A stretch of DNA of 64,000 bases. It comes from an uncultured Alphaproteobacteria bacterium. Lineage in GTDB: Bacteria > Pseudomonadota > Alphaproteobacteria > HIMB59 > GCA-002718135. Below, piece after piece: positions 35,599 through 45,083 of this stretch. How positions within the stretch are numbered: position 1 is the stretch's first letter; each line of letters opens with the position of its first letter. The notes beneath the pieces are model-generated. The model was not told the DNA's origin. It did no database searches and worked only from the letters and a program-made list of their open reading frames with translations. Position numbers and translations under genes: made by a program. The stretch spans positions 145 to 64,144 of the forward strand of contig CACGUF010000002.1 in NCBI GenBank assembly GCA_902576125.1, written 5' to 3'.

Positions 35599-36500
35599 TG
35601 AAAAATAATAAATTGATAAGTGTTGCATTTTTAGCAATTGGCGCAACTTTATTTGGCTCATTAATGGGTACAGGTGTTAAATTCCTCTCAGATGATCTTC
35701 ATCCAATAATTATTTGTTTTTGGAGATGTTTAATAGGACTGATATTAATTACTCCTTTTGTTGTAAGAAATAATTTCAAAGCTCTTGAGACTAAAAATAT
35801 GCGCTTACAAATTATTAGAGCATCAATTAACATTCTCTCAATGATCTGCTGGTTCAGTGCTATAGGTATGATGCACTTTGAAAAAGCAACTGCACTTGGA
35901 TTTACTACTCCTCTTTTTACAACTCTTCTTGCCGTAATTGTTCTTGGAGAAGTAATTCGTTTTCATCGAACAGCTGCTCTTATACTTGGCTTTATAGGTA
36001 TTCTGATCATCATAAGACCAGGGTATATGCCTTTTGAGTTAGGAGTCATTTTAATGTTAATTGCCTCTTTTAGTTTTTCTTTTGTACTTATTTTTGTAAA
36101 AAAATTATCTGCTACTGATTCTAGTCTAACTATAATTTTTTATCATCTCTTATATATGACACCTGTTTTTTTCATCTTGGCTTTGTTTTATTGGGAAAAT
36201 ATTAGCCTAAATCAATTAATAGTTTTTGTTTTTATGGGAGCTTCAGGATTATTATCACACTGGTGCCTAGCACAAGCATTTAAATTTTCAGACACAACTT
36301 TTGTTATGCCTTTACAATTTACTAAACTGATTTGGGCTTCACTAATAGGTTTATTCATTTTTTCAGAAAAACCAGACATATGGACATGGCTTGGTGGAAT
36401 AGTTATATTTATTTCAGTAGTATACATTACATACCGTGAGGCCTTTAAGAAAAAAGGAACTGAAAAACCAATTCAGGTTGATAGAGCAATTATAAATTAA
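35598..36500 (+). CDS. DMT superfamily (EamA-like) transporter
   Basis: About 10 TM helices. The GTG start overlaps the pta TAG stop by 1 nt (TAGTG). Confidence 0.65.
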   Translation: MKNNKLISVAFLAIGATLFGSLMGTGVKFLSDDLHPIIICFWRCLIGLILITPFVVRNNFKALETKNMRLQIIRASINILSMICWFSAIGMMHFEKATALGFTTPLFTTLLAVIVLGEVIRFHRTAALILGFIGILIIIRPGYMPFELGVILMLIASFSFSFVLIFVKKLSATDSSLTIIFYHLLYMTPVFFILALFYWENISLNQLIVFVFMGASGLLSHWCLAQAFKFSDTTFVMPLQFTKLIWASLIGLFIFSEKPDIWTWLGGIVIFISVVYITYREAFKKKGTEKPIQVDRAIIN

Positions 36501-38371
36501 ACAATTTTCTTATCTTTTAAAAAATTAATAATTTGATCTGCAAGTTGCTCTGCACTACTTTTTTTTGTATCAAGAGTTAGATCAGGATTTTCTGGGCTCT
36601 CATATGTGGAATCAATCCCTGTAAAATTTTTTAATTCTCCTGCTCTTGCTTTTTTATATAATCCCTTTGGATCTCTCTTTTCACATTCTTCTAATGATGT
36701 ACTAACAAATACTTCAAAAAATTCTCCTAACTGAAACAACTCTTTTGCCATTTGCCTCTCTGAGCGGAAAGGAGAAATAAAAGAAACTAGAGTAATTAAG
36801 CCAGCATCAGCCATTAGCTTTGAAACCTCAGCAACACGTCGAATATTTTCTACTCGATCCGTATCAGTAAAACCCAAATCTTTATTCAATCCATGACGAA
36901 CATTATCACCATCTAATAAATAAGTTCGTTTGTTGATAGTATAAAGTTTTTGCTCAAGAATATTGGCAATTGTTGACTTACCCGATCCTGACAACCCTGT
37001 AAACCATATAACACATGGTTGTTGAGCATTTTGTTTTGAGCGAGTTTCTTTATTAATACTCATTTCATGCCAAGAAATATTAGAAGAACGACGTAGAGCA
37101 TGATCAATCATGCCTGCGCCAATTGTCTTATTATTGTATGGGTCAATAATTACAAAACTGCCTAATTGGTGATTGTTTTTGTATGAAGTAATACTATGCA
37201 TTTTATTTAATGCAATTTTACAATAAGCAATGTCGTTTAAATTCAATCTTTTGGTTGCTATTTCTTCGTAAGAGTTCACATTAATACTGTGAACTAAATC
37301 TGTTATTTGTCCATTAATATAAGTGTTATTAAAACGAAAAATATAATTACGCTCTGGGAGCATTGATTCTTGCTCCATCCAAACAATATGAGCTGCAAAC
37401 TTATCAGCTTTAATGATTGCCTTATTATCTTTTGTTAGAATGGTGTCTCCTCGCGAGATATCTAATTCATCTTTTAATGTTAATGTTACAGACTGATTAG
37501 TAAAAGCGACATTCAACTCACCTTTAGGTCCATAAATATTTTTAATTGATGTTTGATAATTAGATAATGCTGTTGTTATCAAATCTCCTTTTGATATTTT
37601 GCCAGAAGTAATAGTTCCAGAGTATCCTCTAAATTCTGAACTTGATCTATTAACCCACTGAACTGGCATGCTAAATGCATTTTTTACATTTTCATCTTGA
37701 ATATGAATATTTTCTAAAGTTTCAATAAGTGAAAGACCTGTATACCATTTAGTATTTTCAGAAATCGAAAAAACATTTGCTCCTTTTAGAGCTGAAAGTG
37801 GTATATAATTTGTTGAAAAAAAATTAAAATTTTTAGTAAAATTTTTATATTCATTAACTATTTTTTCAAAATTGTTTTGATCATATTTAACTAAATCCAT
37901 TTTGTTGATTGCAACTACTACATGTTTTATCCCTAAAAGATTAACAATAAAACTATGTCTTTTTGTTTGTTCTAAAACTCCTTTTTGAGCATCAATTAGA
38001 ATAATTGCCGCATCAGAATTAGATGCACCTGTTGCCATATTGCGTGTGTACTGTTCATGTCCAGGTGTATCAGCAATAATAAATTTGCATTTAGGTGTTT
38101 CAAAAAAACGATATGCAACATCAATAGTAATCCCTTGCTCTCGTTCAGCTTGTAAACCATCTATTAGCAAAGCTAAATCTAGTTCTTTTCCCTGTGTGCC
38201 ATATTTTTCACTTTCAGCCTTAGCTTGATTCATTTGATCTAGAAAAACATTTTGAGAATCATATAATAATCTTCCTAATAGAGTTGATTTACCATCATCT
38301 ACTGAACCACATGTTAAAATCTTAATTTGGTTTTTTTTATTTTGATCTTGAAAAAATTTTTTTAAATCCAT
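36497..38371 (-). CDS. cysNC: Bifunctional sulfate adenylyltransferase subunit 1 (GTPase) / adenylylsulfate kinase
   Basis: N-terminal GTPase motifs (GSVDDGKST, DTPGH, NKMD). C-terminal APS kinase P-loop (WFTGLSGSGKSTIA). 624 aa. Confidence 0.9.
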   Translation of the reverse strand: MDLKKFFQDQNKKNQIKILTCGSVDDGKSTLLGRLLYDSQNVFLDQMNQAKAESEKYGTQGKELDLALLIDGLQAEREQGITIDVAYRFFETPKCKFIIADTPGHEQYTRNMATGASNSDAAIILIDAQKGVLEQTKRHSFIVNLLGIKHVVVAINKMDLVKYDQNNFEKIVNEYKNFTKNFNFFSTNYIPLSALKGANVFSISENTKWYTGLSLIETLENIHIQDENVKNAFSMPVQWVNRSSSEFRGYSGTITSGKISKGDLITTALSNYQTSIKNIYGPKGELNVAFTNQSVTLTLKDELDISRGDTILTKDNKAIIKADKFAAHIVWMEQESMLPERNYIFRFNNTYINGQITDLVHSINVNSYEEIATKRLNLNDIAYCKIALNKMHSITSYKNNHQLGSFVIIDPYNNKTIGAGMIDHALRRSSNISWHEMSINKETRSKQNAQQPCVIWFTGLSGSGKSTIANILEQKLYTINKRTYLLDGDNVRHGLNKDLGFTDTDRVENIRRVAEVSKLMADAGLITLVSFISPFRSERQMAKELFQLGEFFEVFVSTSLEECEKRDPKGLYKKARAGELKNFTGIDSTYESPENPDLTLDTKKSSAEQLADQIINFLKDKKIV

Positions 38372-39270
38372 TAAAAATATCCTTCTTGTTTCTTTTTTTC
38401 CATTGATCCAATTTGATCATTATCTATTGCCCTTCCTTCTCTTTCAGAATTCTTACTTTCTAATAATTCAACGATAATTTCTTCTACTGATTTAGCTGAT
38501 GACTCAATAGCGCCAGTTAATGGATAGCAGCCTAAAGTTCTAAAACGTATTAATTTGTTTTGTACTTTTTCATAATCTTTTATATCTAATCTTTTATCGT
38601 CAACCATAAGAAGTAAATTATCTCTTTGAATTACAGGTCGTTCTTCTGCGAAATATAATGGGACGATATTTATTTTTTCTTGATAAATGTATTGCCATAC
38701 ATCTATTTCTGTCCAGTTCGATAAAGGGAAAACTCTAACACTTTCTCCTTTAGCTATTTTTGTATTAAATAAATTCCATAACTCAGGGCGTTGATTTTTT
38801 GGATCCCAATGATGATGCTGATCTCTAAAGGAAAAAATTCTCTCTTTCGCTCTTGATTTTTCTTCATCTCTTCTTGCCCCTCCAAAAGCTGCATCAAACT
38901 TATATTTGTTTAAAGCTTGTTTAAGTGCTTGTGTCTTCATTATATCTGTATGAAGTTTTGAACCATGAGAAATTGGTCCAATATTATTTTTCACTCCCTC
39001 TTGATTGATATGAACTAATAAATCTAAATCATATTCTTTTTCAATATCATCACGAAATTTAATCATATCCTTAAATTTCCAAGTAGTGTCAACATGTAAT
39101 AATTTAAATGGAAGTTTTCCAGGAGCAAAAGCTTTAAGTGCTAAGTGCAGCATGACTGCAGAATCCTTTCCAATGGAGTATAACATGACAGGATTGTCAA
39201 ACTCAGATGCTACTTCACGGATAATATGAATACTTTCAGATTCTAATTTTTCTAAATGTGATAAATTCAT
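38371..39270 (-). CDS. cysD: Sulfate adenylyltransferase subunit 2
   Basis: PAPS-reductase-fold CysD blocks ([41 protein letters not shown]). Confidence 0.9.
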   Translation of the reverse strand: MNLSHLEKLESESIHIIREVASEFDNPVMLYSIGKDSAVMLHLALKAFAPGKLPFKLLHVDTTWKFKDMIKFRDDIEKEYDLDLLVHINQEGVKNNIGPISHGSKLHTDIMKTQALKQALNKYKFDAAFGGARRDEEKSRAKERIFSFRDQHHHWDPKNQRPELWNLFNTKIAKGESVRVFPLSNWTEIDVWQYIYQEKINIVPLYFAEERPVIQRDNLLLMVDDKRLDIKDYEKVQNKLIRFRTLGCYPLTGAIESSAKSVEEIIVELLESKNSEREGRAIDNDQIGSMEKKKQEGYF

Positions 39271-39273
39271 CTC

Positions 39274-40068
39274 TTACTTAAGTTTAAGGTTGCCTATAGC
39301 ATAGAATTGCGGATTAAGAATATCCTCTTTTGTATTATAATATACATCACTGTCTTTAAAGGTAAGGATTTTACCACCAGCTTCGTTAACAATTATATGT
39401 CCAGCAGCAATATCCCATTCAGATGTTGGTCCAAATCGTGGGTAAATATCAGCTAGACCTTCAGCAATTAAACAAAACTTTATTGAACTTCCCACTTGAA
39501 CAATTTCTGCACCTGGATATTTTTCATTAACCCAACTGGTAAAGATACTATTTGAATGAGATCGACTGCCAATTATACGAGTTATATGTGATTGATCAGA
39601 AACAACAATTTTTTTAGCTTCATCAAGATGACTTAGTTCAATATTTGTATTTATTTTATAAGATCCATTATTTTTTTGAGCAAAATAGATTAATGATTTT
39701 GCAGGTACAAATATAATTCCTAAAATTGGCTTATTATTTTCAATCAATGCTATATTAACGGTAAACTCTCCATTTTTTTTAATAAATTCTTTGGTGCCAT
39801 CCAACGGATCAACAAGCCAATATTTTTTCCAATTTTTTCTTTTATTCCATTCTACTAGTGATTCTTCACTTAAAATTGGAATGGTTTTATCCAAATTATT
39901 AAGTGAGTTTAAAATTATTTCATTTGAGGCTAAATCAGCTTTAGTTAAAGGCGATGAGTCATTTTTATCAGTAACTTCAATATCATCGTTGTAATATTCA
40001 AGAACTTTATTCCCTGCCTTTATAGAAATATTACAAATATCTAGTAACAATTTTTTATTCTTAATCAT
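39274..40068 (-). CDS. cysQ: 3'(2'),5'-bisphosphate nucleotidase (inositol monophosphatase fold)
   Basis: Motifs LSEES, WLVDPLDGTKEF and EWDIAAG. First gene of the cysQ-cysD-cysNC unit. Confidence 0.85.
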   Translation of the reverse strand: MIKNKKLLLDICNISIKAGNKVLEYYNDDIEVTDKNDSSPLTKADLASNEIILNSLNNLDKTIPILSEESLVEWNKRKNWKKYWLVDPLDGTKEFIKKNGEFTVNIALIENNKPILGIIFVPAKSLIYFAQKNNGSYKINTNIELSHLDEAKKIVVSDQSHITRIIGSRSHSNSIFTSWVNEKYPGAEIVQVGSSIKFCLIAEGLADIYPRFGPTSEWDIAAGHIIVNEAGGKILTFKDSDVYYNTKEDILNPQFYAIGNLKLK

Positions 40069-40116
40069 TTTAATTTGACTTTTATAGAACCTAAATTAGT
40101 GTTTTGACAGGTTTTT

Positions 40117-41316
40117 ATGGAAAAAGAAATTTATAAAATCATAGATAAAGAAAAGTTAAGTGTTGTTAGTGAGAATATAGAAAAAGCGCACGGTCTTCCT
40201 AATGAATGTTACTTGAATGGACCTTATAGTAAAATTGAACGTAAAAAAATCTTCGAAGAAAAGTGGGTTACAATAGGTGTTGCAAGTTCAGTTCCAAATC
40301 CAGGAGATGTTAAACCTTTTGATCTACTTGGTATTCCACTAATCATAGTTAGGGATAAACAAAAAAAAATTAGAGTTTTCCATAATGTTTGTAGTCACCG
40401 AGGATATAAGTTAGTTAGTGAAACTTGCTCTCTTAAAAATGTATTAAGATGTCCTTATCACTCATGGTCATATGACTTGGAAGGGAGGTTAATTGCCACA
40501 CCTCATTTAGGTGGAATAAATAAAAATGAACATCATGATTTTGATAAATCTAAAAGTGGATTGAAAGAAGTGCGATCATCTGTTTGGCTCGACTTAGTTA
40601 TGGTAAATATTTTGGGGAATGAATTACCTTTTGAAAAATATATAGAACCGCTTGAGGAAAGATGGTCTGAGTTTTGGACAAAACAAGATCAAGAAATGAT
40701 CTGTCATGCAAAAGATTATGGATATTTCAAATTAGAAGCAAAGTGTAATTGGAAATTTGCAATAGAAAACTATTGTGAAAGTTATCACTTACCTTTTGTT
40801 CATCCTGGTCTAAATGCCTATTCAAAAATTGATGATCATTATCATATACAAGGACTACCTAATCGTTTTGCTGGACAAGGTACACTTGTCTATAATCCTA
40901 GATTTGAAAATAATGAAAAATTTCCAACATTCCCTGGATGGAGAAAGGGGAAAGAAGATCATGCTGAATATGTCGCTTTATTTCCAAACGTAATGCTTGG
41001 TATTCACAAAGACCATTACTATGCTTATTGGTTAGAGCCTGTTGCGCATAATTTTACTAAGGAACATATGGAAATCTATTATGTAGGTGAAGAGGCTGCT
41101 CTTGATGATTCGTATAAATCATTGAGAAAACAAAATTTTGAACAATGGCATAGCATTCAAACTGAAGATTTAAATATTATTGAAGGTATGCAGGAAGGAA
41201 GAAATTCACCTGTTTACAATGGAGGTAATTTTTCTCCAGCTCTTGATAATCCTACTCACCATTTTAATAAGTGGGTAGCCACTTCATTGACCGATAATGA
41301 TTTTTCAAATAATTAA
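40117..41316 (+). CDS. Rieske [2Fe-2S] non-heme-iron oxygenase, alpha-subunit type (Stc2/GbcA/choline-monooxygenase-like)
   Basis: Rieske motif CSHRG...x17...CPYHSW and a mononuclear-iron motif in ENYCESYHLPFVHP. Confidence 0.8.
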   Translation: MEKEIYKIIDKEKLSVVSENIEKAHGLPNECYLNGPYSKIERKKIFEEKWVTIGVASSVPNPGDVKPFDLLGIPLIIVRDKQKKIRVFHNVCSHRGYKLVSETCSLKNVLRCPYHSWSYDLEGRLIATPHLGGINKNEHHDFDKSKSGLKEVRSSVWLDLVMVNILGNELPFEKYIEPLEERWSEFWTKQDQEMICHAKDYGYFKLEAKCNWKFAIENYCESYHLPFVHPGLNAYSKIDDHYHIQGLPNRFAGQGTLVYNPRFENNEKFPTFPGWRKGKEDHAEYVALFPNVMLGIHKDHYYAYWLEPVAHNFTKEHMEIYYVGEEAALDDSYKSLRKQNFEQWHSIQTEDLNIIEGMQEGRNSPVYNGGNFSPALDNPTHHFNKWVATSLTDNDFSNN

Positions 41317-41327
41317 ATAATAATTAT

Positions 41328-43370
41328 ATGACTGACTCATTGCTTCAATCATTTAAATTGAAACATTTGAATCTAAAAAATAGAATTATTACGACAAGTC
41401 ATGAACCAGCCTATAATGAGGGTGGATTTCCAAAAGATAGATATGTAGCCTATCATTTAGAGAGAGCAAAAGGAGGCATAGCCATGACAATGACTGCAGG
41501 ATCAACTGTAGTTTCAAAAGATAGTCCTCCTTCATTTGACAATATTCATGCCTATAAAGATGAAGTTGTTCCTTGGATTAAAAAACTTACTGAAGCTATT
41601 CATGATCAGGATTGTAAAATTATGATTCAGTTAACACATCTTGGAAGAAGAACTTCTTGGAGTAAAGGTGATTGGCTTCCATCTATTTCATCAGGAAAAC
41701 ACCGAGAACCTGCGCATAAAGCATTTCCAAAAGTTGCTGAGAGCTGGGACATTGGAAGAATCATTAGAGAATATGGTGATGCCGCTGAGAGAATGAAAGA
41801 AGGTGGGATGGACGGTGTTGAGCTTGAAGGTCAAGGTCATTTAATTGGTCAATTTCTTTCCCCCTTAACTAATGAATTAGAAACAGAATATGGTGGTAGT
41901 TTTGAAAATAGATTACGTTTTACACTTGATGTTCTTTCAGACATTAGAAACAAAGTTGGTCAAAAATTTATTGTAGGAATCCGTTGTGTCTTCGATGAAG
42001 TAGAAAAAGGAGGTATAACTAAATCAGATGGATTAAAGATTGCAAAAATCTTATCTGATTCAGGTTTAATAGATTATTTAAACATCAATAGAGGAAGAAT
42101 ACATACTGATCCAATACTAACTAAACATATTCCTATTCAAGGAATGAAAAGTGCTCCACATCTAGAATTTGCAGGAGAAATAAAAAAAGAAGTAAATTTA
42201 CCAATTTTTCATGCATCTAAAATTTCTGATGTAGCAACTGCTAGATATGCAATTTCAAATGGATTGGTTGACATGATAGGTATGACAAGAGGTCATTTAG
42301 CAGACCCTTATATTGTAAAAAAAATAAAAGAAAAAAGAGAAGATGATATTAGACCTTGTGTTGGAGCTACTTATTGTTTGGACAGAATTTACCAAGGTGA
42401 GGAGGCTCTTTGTATTCATAATGCGGCAACAGGAAGAGAATTAAAATTTCCAAATATTATTAGTAAATCAAAAATAAAAAAGAAAATTGTTGTAGTTGGT
42501 GCTGGGCCTGGAGGACTTGAAGCAGCAAGAATAGCAGCAGAAAGAGGTCATGAGGTTATAGTTTTTGAAGCAGCACCTGATCCTGGAGGCCAAATTAGAT
42601 TATGCGCAAAATCTTCAAGAAGAAAAGATATGATGGGTATTATTGATTGGCGAATGCAGCAATGCATAAACAAAAATGTTAAATTCAATTTTAATATTAT
42701 TGCTGAAGCTCAAGATGTGATGAATCAAAACCCTGATACTATAATCATCGCAACAGGAGGTATGCCGAACCTCGAACTTTTTGAAACAAAAAAAGATTTA
42801 GAAAATGTTTTTACAAGCTGGGATATAATTTCAGGGGACGTTAAGTTAGCTGAAAATATATTAATCTATGATGAGGCAGGTGATCATACAGCTATGCAAT
42901 CAGCAGAAATAGCTATTGAAAAAGGATCAACTGTTGAATTTATGACACCAGATAGATTAATTTCTTCTGAAATAATGGGAATGAATTTAACTCCTTATTT
43001 AAAAAATCTTCAAAATAAAAAAATAACATACTCTATTGCTAAAAGATTAAAAGATGTATCAATAAAAGGGAACAAATTAAATGCTATAATTGGTTCTGAT
43101 TATGATGAAAATTTTAAATATAGCTCTACTTATGATCAAATTTTTTTAAACTATGGAGTAAAACCTTTAGACGAGTTATATTTTAATCTTGTATCTTTTT
43201 CCAAAAATGAAGGTGAAGTGAACTACACTAAATTCATAAAAGGTGAGGCACAAAATATTATTAAAAATAAAAATAACAAATTTTATTTATATAGAATAGG
43301 AGATGCTATTTCTTCTAGAAATATCCATGCAGCTATTTATGATGCATTAAGACTAGTAATAAACTTATAA
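41328..43370 (+). CDS. Two-domain FMN (old-yellow-enzyme TIM barrel) plus FAD/NAD(P) oxidoreductase (StcD/DgcA/2,4-dienoyl-CoA-reductase family)
   Basis: N-terminal OYE pattern (NRIITTSHEP, QLTHLGR). Central Cys cluster RPCVGATYCLDR...CIHN. C-terminal dinucleotide fold VVVGAGPGGLEAA. 680 aa. Confidence 0.8.
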   Translation: MTDSLLQSFKLKHLNLKNRIITTSHEPAYNEGGFPKDRYVAYHLERAKGGIAMTMTAGSTVVSKDSPPSFDNIHAYKDEVVPWIKKLTEAIHDQDCKIMIQLTHLGRRTSWSKGDWLPSISSGKHREPAHKAFPKVAESWDIGRIIREYGDAAERMKEGGMDGVELEGQGHLIGQFLSPLTNELETEYGGSFENRLRFTLDVLSDIRNKVGQKFIVGIRCVFDEVEKGGITKSDGLKIAKILSDSGLIDYLNINRGRIHTDPILTKHIPIQGMKSAPHLEFAGEIKKEVNLPIFHASKISDVATARYAISNGLVDMIGMTRGHLADPYIVKKIKEKREDDIRPCVGATYCLDRIYQGEEALCIHNAATGRELKFPNIISKSKIKKKIVVVGAGPGGLEAARIAAERGHEVIVFEAAPDPGGQIRLCAKSSRRKDMMGIIDWRMQQCINKNVKFNFNIIAEAQDVMNQNPDTIIIATGGMPNLELFETKKDLENVFTSWDIISGDVKLAENILIYDEAGDHTAMQSAEIAIEKGSTVEFMTPDRLISSEIMGMNLTPYLKNLQNKKITYSIAKRLKDVSIKGNKLNAIIGSDYDENFKYSSTYDQIFLNYGVKPLDELYFNLVSFSKNEGEVNYTKFIKGEAQNIIKNKNNKFYLYRIGDAISSRNIHAAIYDALRLVINL

Positions 43371-43376
43371 ATACAA

Positions 43377-44651
43377 TTAAATCAAATCAAGAGGTATTGA
43401 AGATAATAATTCCAAACCCTTGTCAGTAACTAAATACTGATCTTCTAACTTTGCACCTTCATTTGCATCAACCTCCCCAATATAACTTTCAACACACACC
43501 ACCATATTTTCTTGAAAGGTACCACTATAATCTCCATTACTATAATCTTCATCGGGATAGCCAATATACGGCCATTCATCACTCATTCCAACACCATGTA
43601 TTTGACATGGATAATGATTATCAAAACAATTGTCTGGAAGCTTCCAGGCTTTTTCTGCAAATTCTCTAAAAGATAGTCCAGGCTTAATTAATTGCTCATT
43701 ATATTTTACATTTTCATAAGCCAAGCTATGAATTTTATTTTGATAATTGCTTAATTTTTTTCCTTCTACAAATGTTCTTGAAATATCAGCACAATATCCA
43801 TAAGGTCCAACCATATCGGTATCAAAAGCAACGAGCTCACCTTCTTGAATAATTCTATTACTACACTCTTGAAACCAAGGATTAGTTTTTGGACCTGAAT
43901 TTAATAATCTTGTTTCAAACCATTCACCTCCATTTTCAATGTTTGTTTTATGTAAAATTGACCACAATTCTTCTTCTGTCATGCCTGCTTTTAAATTTTC
44001 ATGCATAAGTAAAATGCCTTTCTCTGCTGTTTTAACTGAAGCTTTCATGCATATAATTTCATCTTGAGACTTTATCGATCTTGCAATTTCCATAAATTTT
44101 TGAGCGTTAATTATTTCGTATTCATAATTATTATTTAAAGCATTGATACCGGCTGGATCACAAACATCGATAATCAGTTTTTTATTTTCAGAACTATATT
44201 GCTTCATCAGGTCATCTATAACCTTTGACCATTCAAGCGCTTTATCATAAACGTCATTTCCCCAAGTAAAATGATCCCAACTGATCACTTCTCTTACTTC
44301 ATCAATAGTACAATTATTTAGATAAATATGTTCACAATTTGGGTATTCAAATAATATTACTGGACCAGTCGCAGGAATAAAAACATATCGCGTCATCAGA
44401 TGAAAAGAAAATATTGACATATTTCTTGTATCAGTAGCATAACGAATATTTATTGGATCAAATAAAATACATGCACCTATTTCGTTTTGTTGTAATTGAT
44501 CTCTTACTCTATTTAATCGATACATTCGCATACGATCAAAATTAATTTTATCTTCATAAAGTTTTGGTTTGAATCCGTTGTTTATAATTGAATCTTTTTC
44601 CCCAAACTTCGGACCAATTTTTCTATTGATATTTTTTGTATTAAAATTCAT
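43377..44651 (-). CDS. M24-family (creatinase/prolidase fold) metallohydrolase
   Basis: Creatinase_N-like N-terminal half and M24 C-terminal half (FDTDMVGPYGYCADISRTF, HGVGMSDEWP, VESY). The start is moved to the ATG at 44651; the longer track ORF would overlap the divergent CMD gene. Confidence 0.7.
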   Translation of the reverse strand: MNFNTKNINRKIGPKFGEKDSIINNGFKPKLYEDKINFDRMRMYRLNRVRDQLQQNEIGACILFDPINIRYATDTRNMSIFSFHLMTRYVFIPATGPVILFEYPNCEHIYLNNCTIDEVREVISWDHFTWGNDVYDKALEWSKVIDDLMKQYSSENKKLIIDVCDPAGINALNNNYEYEIINAQKFMEIARSIKSQDEIICMKASVKTAEKGILLMHENLKAGMTEEELWSILHKTNIENGGEWFETRLLNSGPKTNPWFQECSNRIIQEGELVAFDTDMVGPYGYCADISRTFVEGKKLSNYQNKIHSLAYENVKYNEQLIKPGLSFREFAEKAWKLPDNCFDNHYPCQIHGVGMSDEWPYIGYPDEDYSNGDYSGTFQENMVVCVESYIGEVDANEGAKLEDQYLVTDKGLELLSSIPLDLI

Positions 44652-44697
44652 ATTATAATAATATACATTATACTTATAAACAAAAACAGAGGAAGAT

Positions 44698-45075
44698 ATG
44701 GATGAAGAATTATTTAAAAAAGGTTTAGAAAAAAGAAAAGCTACTTTAGGCAAAGAATATGTAGAAAAAAATTTAGAACAAGCTGATGAATTTACTCTTC
44801 CTTTTCAAAAAGCAATGACTGAATGGTGTTGGGGTTTTGGCTGGGGAGATGAAGTAATTGATATGAAAACTCGATCAATGATGAACCTATCAATGATTGG
44901 GGCTTTAGGTAAAATGCAAGAATGGGAAATTCATTGCAGAGGGGCAATAACCAATGGAGTATCTAAAGAAGAGATAAGGGCTATTATTCATGTAATAGGC
45001 ATTTATTGTGGAGTCCCTCAGGCGTTAGAATGTTTTAGAGTGGCAAAAAAAGTGTTCGGAGAAAAAAATCTTTAA
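44698..45075 (+). CDS. Carboxymuconolactone decarboxylase (CMD/PcaC-like) family protein
   Basis: 125 aa that aligns by eye with gamma-CMD (RKATLGKEYV, WGDEVIDMKTRS, IGIYCGVPQA). Confidence 0.75.
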   Translation: MDEELFKKGLEKRKATLGKEYVEKNLEQADEFTLPFQKAMTEWCWGFGWGDEVIDMKTRSMMNLSMIGALGKMQEWEIHCRGAITNGVSKEEIRAIIHVIGIYCGVPQALECFRVAKKVFGEKNL

Positions 45076-45083
45076 TTTGATTT

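Noticed and set aside
44652-44753. 34-codon N-terminal extension of the M24 ORF as given in the track
   Set aside because: It would overlap the divergent CMD gene start and is a low-complexity S/Y/N-rich sequence. The ATG at 44651 gives a normal creatinase_N-like start.
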